64,000 nt of DNA from Synechococcus sp. (GTDB lineage Bacteria; Cyanobacteriota; Cyanobacteriia; Thermostichales; PCC-7336), in NCBI GenBank assembly GCA_051439605.1, contig JBFRWN010000124.1, forward strand, positions 128,001 to 192,000, in the 5' to 3' direction. This document shows positions 31,043 through 45,314 of this stretch, one piece after another. The notes under the pieces were generated by a model. It ran no database searches and was not told the DNA's origin. It saw only the letters and a list, made by a program, of their open reading frames with translations. Numbering within the stretch: the stretch's first letter is position 1; the number at the start of each line of letters is the position of its first letter. Both the position numbers and the translations under genes were made by a program.

Positions 31043-31147
31043 TTTAATCGGCGCATCATCCAGCCGCAGGGGAATAAACCGCCGCTCCTGATTAGTGGGG
31101 TCGCGAAACAATGCAATATGACTTTCTAGCGTCACCCCTTCTGATTG
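31043..31147 (-). pseudogene. TIR-domain gene fragment
   Basis: QSEGVTLESHIALFRDPTNQERRFIPLRLDDAPIK resembles the C-terminal half of bacterial TIR_2 domains; flanks do not look like TIR. Confidence 0.55.
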
Positions 31148-31253
31148 AATCCCCGAAGCGCACAAGCTTATCTTGTCTCGCAAGAACAAACTTGGCAGCA
31201 AATCCACCGTTCTCCTTTTCAATCTGCCGATCGCCTGAAGTAATTGTTTACAG

Positions 31254-32867
31254 TCAGCCTTCGCCAAGACCGATCGCCTCCTCCCGATGCTGCAACAACC
31301 GCTCCTGACTCAAGGGGCCCAGAAGATGGGACCAGGGTAGCGGCACCTCGGGGTCCCAATTGTCGTGGACGTAGTACGCCAGCGGCGGCAATTCCCCCTT
31401 CAACTCCTTAAAGGCCCGCTTGTAACTCCCCAGCGAATCCCCAAACCCTCGCGCCAGTTCCAAAACACGACCCACCCGGCGATCGCCCCGAGCAATCAGC
31501 GCCTGAATCACCGACCAGTTATAACTTTCGGGCCGAAACTCCACCCCCAATGGCCGCAGCTGCTTTTGCAGCGACTTGAGCTTCTTCTGCGCCGCCTTCT
31601 CAACGCCGTACCACTGGAATGGGGTATGGGCTTTGGGAACAAACGTGCTGCACCCAAAGGAATATCTCAACTTAGGGGCCGCCTTCCGCAGCCGTTTGAA
31701 CATCCCTACCGTGGCCTCTAAATCCCCATCGGACTCAAATGGCAACCCCGCCATTCCATAGAACTTAATGCTTTTGAGCCCCCCCGCCTGTGCCGCCTCA
31801 GCTGCATGGTATATCTCGTCATTCTGCAGCTTCTTATTAATAATCTCCCGCAGCCGCTCGGAGCCACTTTCCACTGCCACCGTAATCGACTGGCTACCCC
31901 GTCGGGTGAGCACGGACGCCAGTCGTTCGGTCACGGTCCCTGTCCGCACAGAGGCCAAACTAATCCGCACATCCTCAAACCGATCGCCGTCTAAATACGT
32001 CAGCAAATCATCAAACTCCGGGTGCTGCGTCACTGACGCCCCCAATAGCCCCAGCCGATTGGTAAATGCCAGCCCCCGCTCGATCGCCGGAATCAACCCC
32101 TCCGGTAAATTCGCCACCCGAAACGGCAGTGTCAAATAACTGGCCAAACAGAATCGGCACATCTCCGGACAGCTGCGCACCACCTCTACCATGTAGATGT
32201 TTTCCCAAGCAGCGTGGGGGGTAACGACCGTCGAAGTGGAGAGGGTATTGCCGCGATAGGTGCGCTTCTGCACGGTGGCGGGCACCTCGTCATACAGCGG
32301 TACGCAACTCGAAATAGGGCCGTTTGCTTCCTCGTATTGCGGATTGTACAAAGCGGGAATATAGATGCCCGGCACTTGAGATAAGTGCCGCAGCTTGGTC
32401 AGGCGATCGCTCCCTCTCACCTGCCGGTAAGCATCAATAAAGTCATGCAGCAGTTCTTCCCCATCCCCCATCAACACCACGTCAAAGAAATTGGCGAACG
32501 GCTCCGGGTTTGCAGTCATCACCGGCCCGCCACCAAAGATCAGCGGGTGCTCGTCGGTGCGATCGCTACTGTGAATCGGAATCTGCAGGTTTTCTAGCAG
32601 GTCCAGAATATTGACGTAATCCAATTCCCACGACACCGATACCCCTAACAATTCTGGAGAGAGCGATCGGCGATCCTGACCATCAGTAAAGAGTCTTGTT
32701 ACGGCTAAGTCGGAGCGTGACGCTAGGGTTGACCACACTACCTGATAGCCCAGGCTAGTGATGCCAATGGTATAGGTATTGGGAAACGCAAACGTGAGGG
32801 GAATCGCATCCGCCGCTGGCGTAGCAGGAGTAAAGGTTAGGGATTCATCTGTCCAGGGGATGCTCAT
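31254..32867 (-). CDS. B12-binding-domain radical SAM protein
   Basis: FPNTY..GITSLGYQ, GGPVMTANPEP, CPEMCRFC, FVPKAHTPFQW. Confidence 0.9.
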   Translation of the reverse strand: MSIPWTDESLTFTPATPAADAIPLTFAFPNTYTIGITSLGYQVVWSTLASRSDLAVTRLFTDGQDRRSLSPELLGVSVSWELDYVNILDLLENLQIPIHSSDRTDEHPLIFGGGPVMTANPEPFANFFDVVLMGDGEELLHDFIDAYRQVRGSDRLTKLRHLSQVPGIYIPALYNPQYEEANGPISSCVPLYDEVPATVQKRTYRGNTLSTSTVVTPHAAWENIYMVEVVRSCPEMCRFCLASYLTLPFRVANLPEGLIPAIERGLAFTNRLGLLGASVTQHPEFDDLLTYLDGDRFEDVRISLASVRTGTVTERLASVLTRRGSQSITVAVESGSERLREIINKKLQNDEIYHAAEAAQAGGLKSIKFYGMAGLPFESDGDLEATVGMFKRLRKAAPKLRYSFGCSTFVPKAHTPFQWYGVEKAAQKKLKSLQKQLRPLGVEFRPESYNWSVIQALIARGDRRVGRVLELARGFGDSLGSYKRAFKELKGELPPLAYYVHDNWDPEVPLPWSHLLGPLSQERLLQHREEAIGLGEG

Positions 32868-33478
32868 TCAGTTCAACAGGTGGGGCAAAGGTCTACTGCA
32901 GCGGGAATGCCACTTGGGGGATTTCAGAAACCGGGCAATCCCATTGGCATGAGGTCCGCCGTGCTATCTGAAATATCCCCAGCTCCATTGTCACGTCTAG
33001 CCTGTCGATACCGCTACATTGTCAATCTGAATCGAGGCCCCACAGCGACCGTTTCGCCCCTCAGGCCCCTTCATCAGGCCAACCCCCTGGTGGAATTGGG
33101 TGGTAGTGCTTTTCGTCTGAATTTGCTGTTTGTGTCGAATCATCGGACATGCAGACAAACACTGTCACGGTTCGTTGTATCCACCATTTGAATTAAGCGA
33201 TCAAAATCCAATTGATATTAACAACACTCTCTTATATCCACCATTTGGATTAAGTATCTCAAAGCCAGTCATTGCAAGAATCTCTCTAAGTCCAACCAGG
33301 CCAAGACTTAATGTCATTCATCTCCTTTAAATATCTATACCAGATCGACAATACGGGAACAAAAATATTATGTATAAATCATCAGAATATTAATAGTTAT
33401 TAGTATATTAATCAACTTTTTGGAGACTTGCTAGCGTACTTACCATTGAGATTTGGTAGACACAAGAACGTACATCCA

Positions 33479-34000
33479 TTGGTCTGGTTCTCAAAAACTA
33501 GTGCAGCCCTTGGAGCTGTTGCTCTCGCCAGCACGACTCTGACTTGAGCTGTTAGCGCAGTTGTGTTCAGTGGAGATCGCATAGCCTTTAGTCAATACCC
33601 ACTCCTAACCAACACATCCCAAGCATCCGTCGGGATGAAAGAACGCTACACTTTCGACATTACCCTTCCAGAAAATGCTGACGAAGCCCTACGAACAGTT
33701 ACATTTAAGCCTGTTGCTGGATCTTCCGGCATGGACTTCAACACGGAATCTGCCATAGCAACGGTTCAAGGTGAAACTGTTTCAATTTCAGCGACAACTG
33801 TAGAACGGGATGGTGTTGGGCTCATCGAAGTCACCTTTGATGAGGCGATAACCGCTGGCAATAGCGTCACGATTACATTGGAGGGCTCTGGCAACCACGT
33901 TGGGCCAGGCACGATCGGTGTTTTAGCTAGCGCCGAAGGTCCGAACCCCCTACCCTATTTCTTGGGGTGCTTGCCGACAGTTGCTGAATTGGTTGACTGA
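33479..34000 (+). pseudogene. DUF2808-like secreted protein with an in-frame stop in the signal peptide
   Basis: Frame from TTG 33479 reads LVWFSKTSAALGAVALASTTLT*AVSAVVFSGDRIAF...; TGA at 33545-33547; Y.F.ITLPENA.EAL..VT and GPNP.PYFLG resemble DUF2808. Confidence 0.6.
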
Positions 34001-34165
34001 TTAGCGGCCATTCTCAGGTCGGGTGCAATGGCATCTTCACTGAGTTAATTCTTGATAGCACTGCAGACCTAGGTCCGCAGCATCCTTTGTCTCGAAACTG
34101 TGAGCCTTGGAAAACGGCGAACGCGATCGAAAGACTTACCTTCTGTCTCGCAAACCGAAGTGGCC

Positions 34166-34555
34166 CTACTGTTCATCGAGAGGGGCATCGATGTCGAGAG
34201 CTTTCGAACCTCCTTCCACCAACTCGCGTAGCAGCGAGCCCAACTGTACCCAAATCAGAATGGCAGGGAAGGCCACCATGACGATAGATATTGCAGCCCC
34301 CAAATTAAAGGGAAATCCAAGAAAAATGAACGAGTAAATGGAGAATATCACCAGTAGCAGGCTGGTGATGGCGTAGGTGAAGAAAATTCTTGGCTTGCGA
34401 TAGTCCACCGCAGTCTGAGTCTCGCGGTTGGCATTCCAGAAGGTAACTTCGTTCTCTAACATGTCTTTGAACATCAGTCCCCACACCACAGCAAAAAACA
34501 AGCTCATGGGGAAAGCAACGCGGACAAACTGAGGGGCCAGAGGATCGAAGAGCAT
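34166..34555 (-). CDS. conserved cyanobacterial membrane protein
   Basis: Three hydrophobic segments; C-terminal W.QLGSLL..L..GGSKALD. Confidence 0.7.
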   Translation of the reverse strand: MLFDPLAPQFVRVAFPMSLFFAVVWGLMFKDMLENEVTFWNANRETQTAVDYRKPRIFFTYAITSLLLVIFSIYSFIFLGFPFNLGAAISIVMVAFPAILIWVQLGSLLRELVEGGSKALDIDAPLDEQ

Positions 34556-35019
34556 GGAATTGATGAAGTTTTATGAATAAATTAATTATAGGTGATTCGG
34601 ACTTGTGAGCAGGAGATTGATGCCGAGTGCTAGCCACCATGTTTGAACATTTTGTAGAAGAGAGTCCCCCTGACAGTGATGGTGAGAGCCATGATGGAAC
34701 GAGCCTAGGTGTCAGAGACGCTGGACGAGTTGTTCGAGTCAATAACTTCCTCATTCAAAGGTTTTCCCATTGTGGAATTCCTCGATCTCAATCGCTCAGA
34801 ACGCTTGGCTAGGCTTTCCGCTTGACGTGAGCAACTTTGGGCAGACGACTTATACGCACCACCATGTCCCCCTGGTGAACTAGAGTTGACTTATCCTTTT
34901 CCCAAACCTCTTGAGATTGCCTTGGCAAATGAGCTCTGAGGGTATCAGTATATGTCGGTGCTGGGAAGGCAACCGGTCCCAGCCATTAAGATCGAAGAAC
35001 GTGAACCGGAGCAGTCCGA

Positions 35020-35484
35020 ATGACCCCAACCGTTGCAGACGTAATGACATCAAACCCCATTTGCGTTACTCCCGAGACCCCGTTGCAGGAGGCAGTGGAA
35101 GTGTTGGCCGAGAAGCGGATTGGTGGCTTACCGGTGCTGGATGCTGATGGTGCTTTGGTAGGTATGCTGTCCGAGTCCGACTTGATGCAGCGGGAGTCGG
35201 GCCTTTCCCCCCGACCGTTTGTTATGTTTCTGGACTTGGCCATCTACCTGAAAAATCCCCGTGCCCATGACAAGGAACTGCATAAGGTGTTTGGTCAAAC
35301 GGTTGGGGATGTCATGAGCGATCGCCCCCTCTCCGTTCCCTTAGATTGCACGTTACCTGAAGCAGCCAAAAAATTATCTGCCAAAAAGGTCAATAGCCTG
35401 CTGGTCACGGATGCGGAAGGAAAGCTAGCAGGGATCGTCACCCGTGGAGATGTGGTGCGGGCTATGGCGGATTTGGGTGCATAG
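35020..35484 (+). CDS. CBS domain pair protein
   Basis: TVADVMT..PI, IGGLPV, GQTVGDVMS, GIVTRGDVVRAMA. Confidence 0.9.
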   Translation: MTPTVADVMTSNPICVTPETPLQEAVEVLAEKRIGGLPVLDADGALVGMLSESDLMQRESGLSPRPFVMFLDLAIYLKNPRAHDKELHKVFGQTVGDVMSDRPLSVPLDCTLPEAAKKLSAKKVNSLLVTDAEGKLAGIVTRGDVVRAMADLGA

Positions 35485-35598
35485 AGTCTGCAGGCTAGCC
35501 CTGCTTGGGGACCTGCCAGAAAGTTCAAACGGCCTAGAATTGGCCACCCCCTGCCCATGTTTGGGTAGGGGGGTTATTTGAGTGAACGTGATGTGATT

Positions 35599-37350
<1,752 letters not shown>

Positions 37351-37580
37351 CTAGAGCACTCCACCAGAATTTGATGGGAATCTGCGTCGGTATTCAGATG
37401 TGCAACTCAGAATGGGCTCTGTTCATTTAATCTAGCTGAGTGGATTTTAGATGCTATTCCCTACCCAATCAAAGGAAAGCAATATAACCTCCTCAGGGAA
37501 TTTCCCAGCAGCCATTGCTATCAATTTCAAACATTTAGCAGTTTCAAGAGCAAATTAATTTGATTGGATACAATACGTAT

Positions 37581-37614
37581 AAAAGAGACTCAAGAGTAAA
37601 CTTGAGTCTCTTTT
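37581..37614 (-). terminator. intrinsic terminator of the atp operon
   Basis: aaaagagactcaag-agtaaa-cttgagtctctttt, perfect 14-bp arms. Confidence 0.85.
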
Positions 37615-37675
37615 CAACACGATCAAAAATGATTGAGAAGTTAATTGCTAGAGAGTTATCAGCTATCCACACTGC

Positions 37676-38614
37676 CTATACAGCGCTGGAACCACCAACA
37701 ACCTCAAGGATCTCCTGAGTAATGCTAGCTTGACGAGCCTTGTTATAGCCAAGATTCAACTTTCCGATCAGCTCTTTGGCGTTGTCGCTGGCATTGTTCA
37801 TGGCAGTCATTCGGCAGGCGAGCTCGCTAGCGGCCGACTCCTGCAACGCTCTCAATAGCTGACTATCAGCATAGAGAGGAAGCAAAGAGGAAAGTATTTC
37901 GACAGGATCTTGCTCGAAAATCATGTCTTGAGGCGGCTCAGTCAGGTCCACATCGACTTGGTCCCGTTCCACTTCAAACTTGCCCTGCTTGACAAGCATC
38001 TTAAATACATCGTCAGTTAAAGCAAGCTCTTCCGTCAAAGGCAACAAGGTTTGCAAGACGGGGCGTGAGTTGATGAGTGAGACAAATCTCGTGAAAACCA
38101 ACTCCACACGGTCAACCTTCTGGGCTTGAAAAGCAGTAATTAGCTCGTCAGCAATACTGTTTGCTTCAGCCGCAGTTGGGATCTGCTCCAACCCATCAAA
38201 GGATTTAGCTACAGAGTAATCCCGACGTCCGAAGTACTGTTTTGCCTTCCTACCCACCAGGTACAAATCGCATTCAATCCCATCAGCTGCAAGCTCAATT
38301 GCTCGGGCTTCTGCCTTCTTGATCGCATTGGTATTGTAGGCACCACACAACCCTCGGTCTGCGGTCACCACTAAGAGCGCAACACGATTGACAGGGCGGC
38401 TTTCGAGCAGCGGCAATTCTACACTCTCCAATTGCAGGCGAGCCTGCAGGCGAAAGAAGACCTGAGCGAGCCGATCGGCAAATGGGCGAGATGCATCTAC
38501 CTGTTCCTGGGCGCGCCTTACTTTAGCGGCTGCAACCAGACGCATTGCCTCAGTAATCTTGCGAGTGTTCTTAACAGATTTAATGCGATCGCGAATAGCC
38601 TTCAGATTCGACAT
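37676..38614 (-). CDS. atpG: ATP synthase gamma subunit (atpC in cyanobacterial nomenclature)
   Basis: [37 protein letters not shown]. Confidence 0.97.
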   Translation of the reverse strand: MSNLKAIRDRIKSVKNTRKITEAMRLVAAAKVRRAQEQVDASRPFADRLAQVFFRLQARLQLESVELPLLESRPVNRVALLVVTADRGLCGAYNTNAIKKAEARAIELAADGIECDLYLVGRKAKQYFGRRDYSVAKSFDGLEQIPTAAEANSIADELITAFQAQKVDRVELVFTRFVSLINSRPVLQTLLPLTEELALTDDVFKMLVKQGKFEVERDQVDVDLTEPPQDMIFEQDPVEILSSLLPLYADSQLLRALQESAASELACRMTAMNNASDNAKELIGKLNLGYNKARQASITQEILEVVGGSSAV

Positions 38615-38668
38615 AACAGGTCTTCCTGATAAGGGGACTCAATTTAAGAGGGTAGTGTGGTGGAAGAG

Positions 38669-40216
<1,548 letters not shown>

Positions 40217-40220
40217 CTAA

Positions 40221-40766
40221 TTAAGAAAGTTGGAAAGCAAGACGACGGAGCTGTCCGCGCAAACTGGCGTCTATCACCTGAGAGCCCACGCGGATAATAA
40301 CACCACCAATCAGGTCGGGATCGATAGATTCTTTGAGTTCAACGTCCGTGGACTGTGCCAGTCGCTTGACGCGCTCCACCAAAGCTGCTCGCTGCCCATC
40401 ATTAAGAGCAGATGCGGATGTTACTTCGGCTAAAGCAATCTTGCGAAGCTTTCGTCGTAGAGCCAAATACTGTTCGCAGACTTGTTCTAGGAACAGAATA
40501 CGACGGCGATCAATCAGGAGCATCAACACATTCATGAATAATGGATGAATGCCTTCTCCAAAAGACTGTGTCAGCAAACTCTTCTTTTGCTCCGCAGTCA
40601 CCAAAGGACTTGCAAGGAAGGACGAAAATTCAGGCGTTTGCTTGATCACAGCCAGGATGCCCTGAGCATCATCTCCAAACTGATCGATGAGTTCCTGACC
40701 AGTTGCAATAGAAAGCATCGCTTCTGCGTAGGGACCAGCAACCTTCTGGGCAATATCACCAGCCAT
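40221..40766 (-). CDS. atpH: ATP synthase delta subunit (atpD in cyanobacterial nomenclature)
   Basis: YAEA, IDPDLIGGVIIRVGSQVIDASLRGQL. Confidence 0.95.
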   Translation of the reverse strand: MAGDIAQKVAGPYAEAMLSIATGQELIDQFGDDAQGILAVIKQTPEFSSFLASPLVTAEQKKSLLTQSFGEGIHPLFMNVLMLLIDRRRILFLEQVCEQYLALRRKLRKIALAEVTSASALNDGQRAALVERVKRLAQSTDVELKESIDPDLIGGVIIRVGSQVIDASLRGQLRRLAFQLS

Positions 40767-40770
40767 CTCA

Positions 40771-41271
40771 CTATCCTCCCAAGAGCTGAATACTGTTATC
40801 GATTAAACGAGACTGAAGATCGTCGTCCAATCGTTTGGGCAACTCTTCCTCAACCTTCTCAAGTGCTTTACGAACAGCCAGCCGACGCAATTGGGTCAAG
40901 GCACGATCTTGCTCGGCAGCAATTTCTCGTTCAGCTGCAGCTTTCATCTTGACAACATCATTCTCGGCTTGGCTGAGAATTTCCGCTTCCATCTGCTTGG
41001 CTGTTGTTTCAGCCTGTTCCAAAATAGATTCAGCTTCTTGCTGAGCCCTAGCCAGTTTCTCCTTCTGTGCCGTAAGCTTCAGAAGTGCATCCTTTTGCTG
41101 CTCTTCTGCATCTTTGATGGCTGAAAGGATGACAGATTTACGTTCGCCCAAGATATTGCCGATTACGCCTTTGCCCAGATAAATTAGCAAACCGAGAACA
41201 ACCAAAATATTTAAAAGGTTGCTACCGAGAATGTCAAAATCAATACCAAATCCGCCAGATGAGGCAAACAT
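40771..41271 (-). CDS. atpF: ATP synthase subunit b
   Basis: GFG.DFDIL.SNL.N, TM helix plus coiled coil, operon position. Confidence 0.92.
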   Translation of the reverse strand: MFASSGGFGIDFDILGSNLLNILVVLGLLIYLGKGVIGNILGERKSVILSAIKDAEEQQKDALLKLTAQKEKLARAQQEAESILEQAETTAKQMEAEILSQAENDVVKMKAAAEREIAAEQDRALTQLRRLAVRKALEKVEEELPKRLDDDLQSRLIDNSIQLLGG

Positions 41272-41302
41272 CTTTTTTGAGTCTCCTTATAACAGAGTCG
41301 CC

Positions 41303-41779
41303 CTAAACGGCGCCCAAAAGCTTAGTTGCAATTTGGTCACTCAAACGAGAGATTTCATCGTTTAAGGACTGTTGAGCCGCCGCCCTATCCTGCTCTACCT
41401 CTTGACGGGCTTTTTCAACGTTGGTTTGGGCTATCTGCTGTGCTTCAATCACTTTACGATTACGGATATCGTTTGCAGCAGCCTGAGCATCGGCAATGAT
41501 GGTCTGAGACTTAATACGAGTTTGAACAAGCTCTTGCTTGTAATGTTCGGCTAAGGCTTCAGACTCTGCCAGTTTCACTTTTGCATCTGCAAGAGTGCTC
41601 CTAACGTAATCGTTGCGATTGTCGATTGCTTTAGTCAAAGGGCCAAAGAACAATCCTTTAAGTACCGTCATCAGGAGCAGAAATTCGATCACAATGATAG
41701 GCAGCGTTGCGTCGAAACCAAATAGACTTGCTTTCTGTTCGACAGTCTCTGCAGCAACGATTAAAGACCAATGAATCAT
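41303..41779 (-). CDS. atpF2: ATP synthase subunit b'
   Basis: LF.FDATLP....FLLL, PL.KAID.R; operon position. Confidence 0.92.
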   Translation of the reverse strand: MIHWSLIVAAETVEQKASLFGFDATLPIIVIEFLLLMTVLKGLFFGPLTKAIDNRNDYVRSTLADAKVKLAESEALAEHYKQELVQTRIKSQTIIADAQAAANDIRNRKVIEAQQIAQTNVEKARQEVEQDRAAAQQSLNDEISRLSDQIATKLLGAV

Positions 41780-41872
41780 GATTTCCCAAGAGCACTATAT
41801 ATATCAAAAGCAGTGGTACCCAGAAGTTGATGAGATTTGTTCAACAACCGAGTACCACGCGTCTGGTTCGAA

Positions 41873-42181
<309 letters not shown>

Positions 42182-42282
42182 TTAGCGACTTTATGACTAA
42201 CAAACTTATGGAGAGAGAAAAATGAATTGGCGAGCTAAATACTGAGCCTATCCATATCATTTGGCTAAGAGATTTACGATAA

Positions 42283-43029
42283 TTAGTCGTGGTCTCCGCC
42301 ATGCCCCTCAAGCGCCTCACCAATATAATTGGCACTAAGCGTTGCAAAAATCAATGCCTGGATCGCCCCCGTGAACAGGAAGAGAATCATTAGCGGTACA
42401 GGGATAACCAGAGGTACCAGCAGAACAATTACTGCAACAACAAGCTCCTCAGCCAAAATATTTCCAAATAGACGGAAACTGAGGGAAAGAGGCTTGGTAA
42501 GGTCTTCCAAAATGTTGATGGGAAGCAGGATGGGCGTTGGTTCTACATATTTTTTGAAGTAACCAAAGCCCTTCTTGCGCAGACCGGCGTAAAAGTACGT
42601 CACGCTGGTAAGTAGTGCAAGCCCCAGGGTTGTATTGATGTCGTTAGTGGGTGACGCTAACTCGCCTTCGGGCAGGGTAATGATCTTCCAAGGAAAAAGA
42701 TTACCCATCCAGTTGGATACGAAGATAAACAGGAAAAGGGTACCTATGTAGGGAACCCAGGGTCTGAATTCCTTCTCTCCGATCTGGCTTTTCGCCATTC
42801 CCTCAATAAACTCTAGAATGTATTCTAGAAAGTTTTGAGGTCCAGTCGGAACGCGATCAACGGTACGAGTTCCCCATACGACCAGCCCGAGAATAATGGC
42901 GATTGCAATCCAACTGCCAATCAAGACTTGGCCGTGGATAGAGTAGTTGCCGATATGCCAATAAAGGTGGTAGCCAACTTCCAGCTCGGCAAAGGGCAGG
43001 AGGTTGGGCTGGATTAGTGAATCGATCAT
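42283..43029 (-). CDS. atpB: ATP synthase subunit a
   Basis: [33 protein letters not shown]. Confidence 0.97.
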   Translation of the reverse strand: MIDSLIQPNLLPFAELEVGYHLYWHIGNYSIHGQVLIGSWIAIAIILGLVVWGTRTVDRVPTGPQNFLEYILEFIEGMAKSQIGEKEFRPWVPYIGTLFLFIFVSNWMGNLFPWKIITLPEGELASPTNDINTTLGLALLTSVTYFYAGLRKKGFGYFKKYVEPTPILLPINILEDLTKPLSLSFRLFGNILAEELVVAVIVLLVPLVIPVPLMILFLFTGAIQALIFATLSANYIGEALEGHGGDHD

Positions 43030-43496
43030 GGAACCTCGGTCTTCCGAGTCGGAACCAGCGTTTGAAAGGCGTAAACAAACAGAGCTGCTTTATAGGTCAT
43101 AAACCCTAAGAAGATAGGCAGTATCTCTAAAGAGTCGACCTGACTAGCGACAATGATGAGAGCTGCAAATAATCCCAGACGCGAAGCACTTCCGGTACTT
43201 CTACTTGCAGGCCCCAATCGGCCTACCCCCCGACCCAACATCCGAAGATATGCCAGTCCAACAAGAGAGCCAATTGCGTAATTCATCACGACATTAATGG
43301 GATAAAACCACACAATTGTGAAAGCAATCACCAAACTAGAAATCAGTGTGGTAACTAGTAAACGCTGTCGAAACTTGTCGTACTCCCCAGAGACATCTAC
43401 CTGCTTAGCAGATGAAGTGTCAATATCTGAGCCGTCTGAGTCAGATTCTCCGGCAACCCGAGATGAATCGTTAGCCACAGAATCAGGATGACTCAT
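43026..43496 (-). CDS. atpI: ATP synthase protein I (Atp1)
   Basis: First gene of the operon; four TM segments, [20 protein letters not shown]. Confidence 0.88.
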   Translation of the reverse strand: MSHPDSVANDSSRVAGESDSDGSDIDTSSAKQVDVSGEYDKFRQRLLVTTLISSLVIAFTIVWFYPINVVMNYAIGSLVGLAYLRMLGRGVGRLGPASRSTGSASRLGLFAALIIVASQVDSLEILPIFLGFMTYKAALFVYAFQTLVPTRKTEVP

Positions 43497-43865
43497 ACCA
43501 GCAGATCTTTTGATATCGAGGATAAGGTTTATATAGAAGCAATGAAGTTCTACAAAAGCCTGTTAGTTTAAATGGCCAAGGAGCAAAAAAATGCTTTGTA
43601 TGACCGCCTCTTAACATATCACAATAAGCATAATTGCTTATTGATTTTATGCGGTGCAGTTAGACCGGCAAGGAAAATACACATTGAACGAAAGTTAATC
43701 GCTCAAATGCTTCAAGTCCTTGCTGAGTCTGGAAAGAAGCTAACTAAATGCTTCTCATCATTAGGAGTTTATCATCAAGAGGGATCGCAAAACGGCAGGA
43801 TTGGAAGTTTTCTTTAGGGAAAACAGACCCCTTTTGGAACCACAAAAACCGATAAGGCGTATAAA

Positions 43866-45098
43866 CTAACTCGGCTCGAGTAAGATGACCTGTTTCTTCT
43901 GCAAGTCTCCGAGTTCTGCCATTGATGGGGCCTCGGAAAGTTGGCTGCAGAGTTGAGCAATGGTTTGAGTGCCGTCTGCCATCTCCAGAAGATGGTATGC
44001 CTCAGTGGATAGCTTGACAGGCTCAAATGCGTAATTCAGTAGAGATTTTCCAGGCCAATACCAAAGGCAGGGGCTGCGATGTGCGATCGCTGAGGGGAGA
44101 GTTTCCCGCGTCCACTCCACCTTGGGTATAGGAGGGTTCGCCAAATAAAATTCATAGTGTGCAATTGCCGGATCGAGGAGTTCAATCAGGCGATACTGTT
44201 GAGCCTGCTCTAACTGCAGTGCCTGTTCGAGGAGCTGAGGATTTCCAGAGAGCAAGCGTTTTAAATTCCAAAATTGCTGGTTGGAGAAATTGATGAACTC
44301 CAATCCTGAAGTCTTAATCCAGTCAAATAGGGTGTTGCAGTTGTAGTCGACCTCTTGGGGATGCAGGTACATGTCGGCGAAATTCTCGTCCGCGCGATTC
44401 TCGGCTGCCCAGCGCTCTCGTTCCTGCTGCACAATTCGATTGGTCTCGGGCAATGTCTCAAATAACTGCCGACCGGCTTTTAGGGCCACCTGCAATTGCT
44501 CTACGGATTCTATCGGCTGCGTCTCATTCTTTCCCACTAAGAGGCGCAATGCCTTTTGCATAAGGCTAATTTCCCATCGTCCTAGCTCGCTGTAAACGAA
44601 GACATGCATGATGCCTCCAGGGGCCAACTTATCCGCCAAGGCTTTCAACCCTGCTGTTGGATTGGGGAGGTGGTGGAGAACCCCCACGCAGTTGATGAAG
44701 TCAAAAAGGCCAGGTAGGCGATCGACGTCATATAGACTCAGGTGACGAAATTCGACGGGGGGGGCTTCAGATTGCCTGCACCGTTCCTGCGCAACCTCAA
44801 GAGCTTTGCTGCTCAAATCAATAGCCCACTTCTCTGCCGTTGGGTTTTGGTGGGCAATATATTCGGTACCGCATCCCGAACCACATCCTGCATCCAGAAT
44901 GCGGGGATTCTTCAATTTGGGATAGGAACCGGTGCAAAAGGAATAAGCTTGGGGCCAACTCCATCGCCAATTAAATCCAGGGGGATCTTCACCAGCAATC
45001 GGTTCACCAGGGAAGGGAAAGCTGTCATATAGACTTTGAACCCTGGCAGTGATGCGATCGGCGTCGTTCGTAGAAAGGTGCGATTGTGAGTCAGACAT
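43866..45098 (-). CDS. class I SAM-dependent methyltransferase
   Basis: ILDAGCGSG, INCVGVLHHLP, FADMYLHPQE. Confidence 0.88.
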   Translation of the reverse strand: MSDSQSHLSTNDADRITARVQSLYDSFPFPGEPIAGEDPPGFNWRWSWPQAYSFCTGSYPKLKNPRILDAGCGSGCGTEYIAHQNPTAEKWAIDLSSKALEVAQERCRQSEAPPVEFRHLSLYDVDRLPGLFDFINCVGVLHHLPNPTAGLKALADKLAPGGIMHVFVYSELGRWEISLMQKALRLLVGKNETQPIESVEQLQVALKAGRQLFETLPETNRIVQQERERWAAENRADENFADMYLHPQEVDYNCNTLFDWIKTSGLEFINFSNQQFWNLKRLLSGNPQLLEQALQLEQAQQYRLIELLDPAIAHYEFYLANPPIPKVEWTRETLPSAIAHRSPCLWYWPGKSLLNYAFEPVKLSTEAYHLLEMADGTQTIAQLCSQLSEAPSMAELGDLQKKQVILLEPS

Positions 45099-45314
45099 TT
45101 GAATTGGGATTGTTAAACAGGCTCTGCCTCATTCGAGCAGTAGCAGACTGAACTGTATCTTGTCTGAGGACCTAGCAAATAGATCCCTTAACGATTTGAG
45201 AAATACAGATTGACTGCAAAATTCATCGCGAGAGCCTGCCCCAGCAGCCTTGACCAGAATCGGCAGCCCGATTTGCCCTTCTTTGTACTACATTCCGATC
45301 GATCTCCTAAGCGA

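Noticed and set aside
34628..34770. Minus-strand frame MGKPLNEEVIDSNNSSSVSDT*ARSIMALTITVRGTLFYKMFKHGG
   Set aside because: Internal stop and no recognisable family; insufficient support for a small gene or pseudogene.
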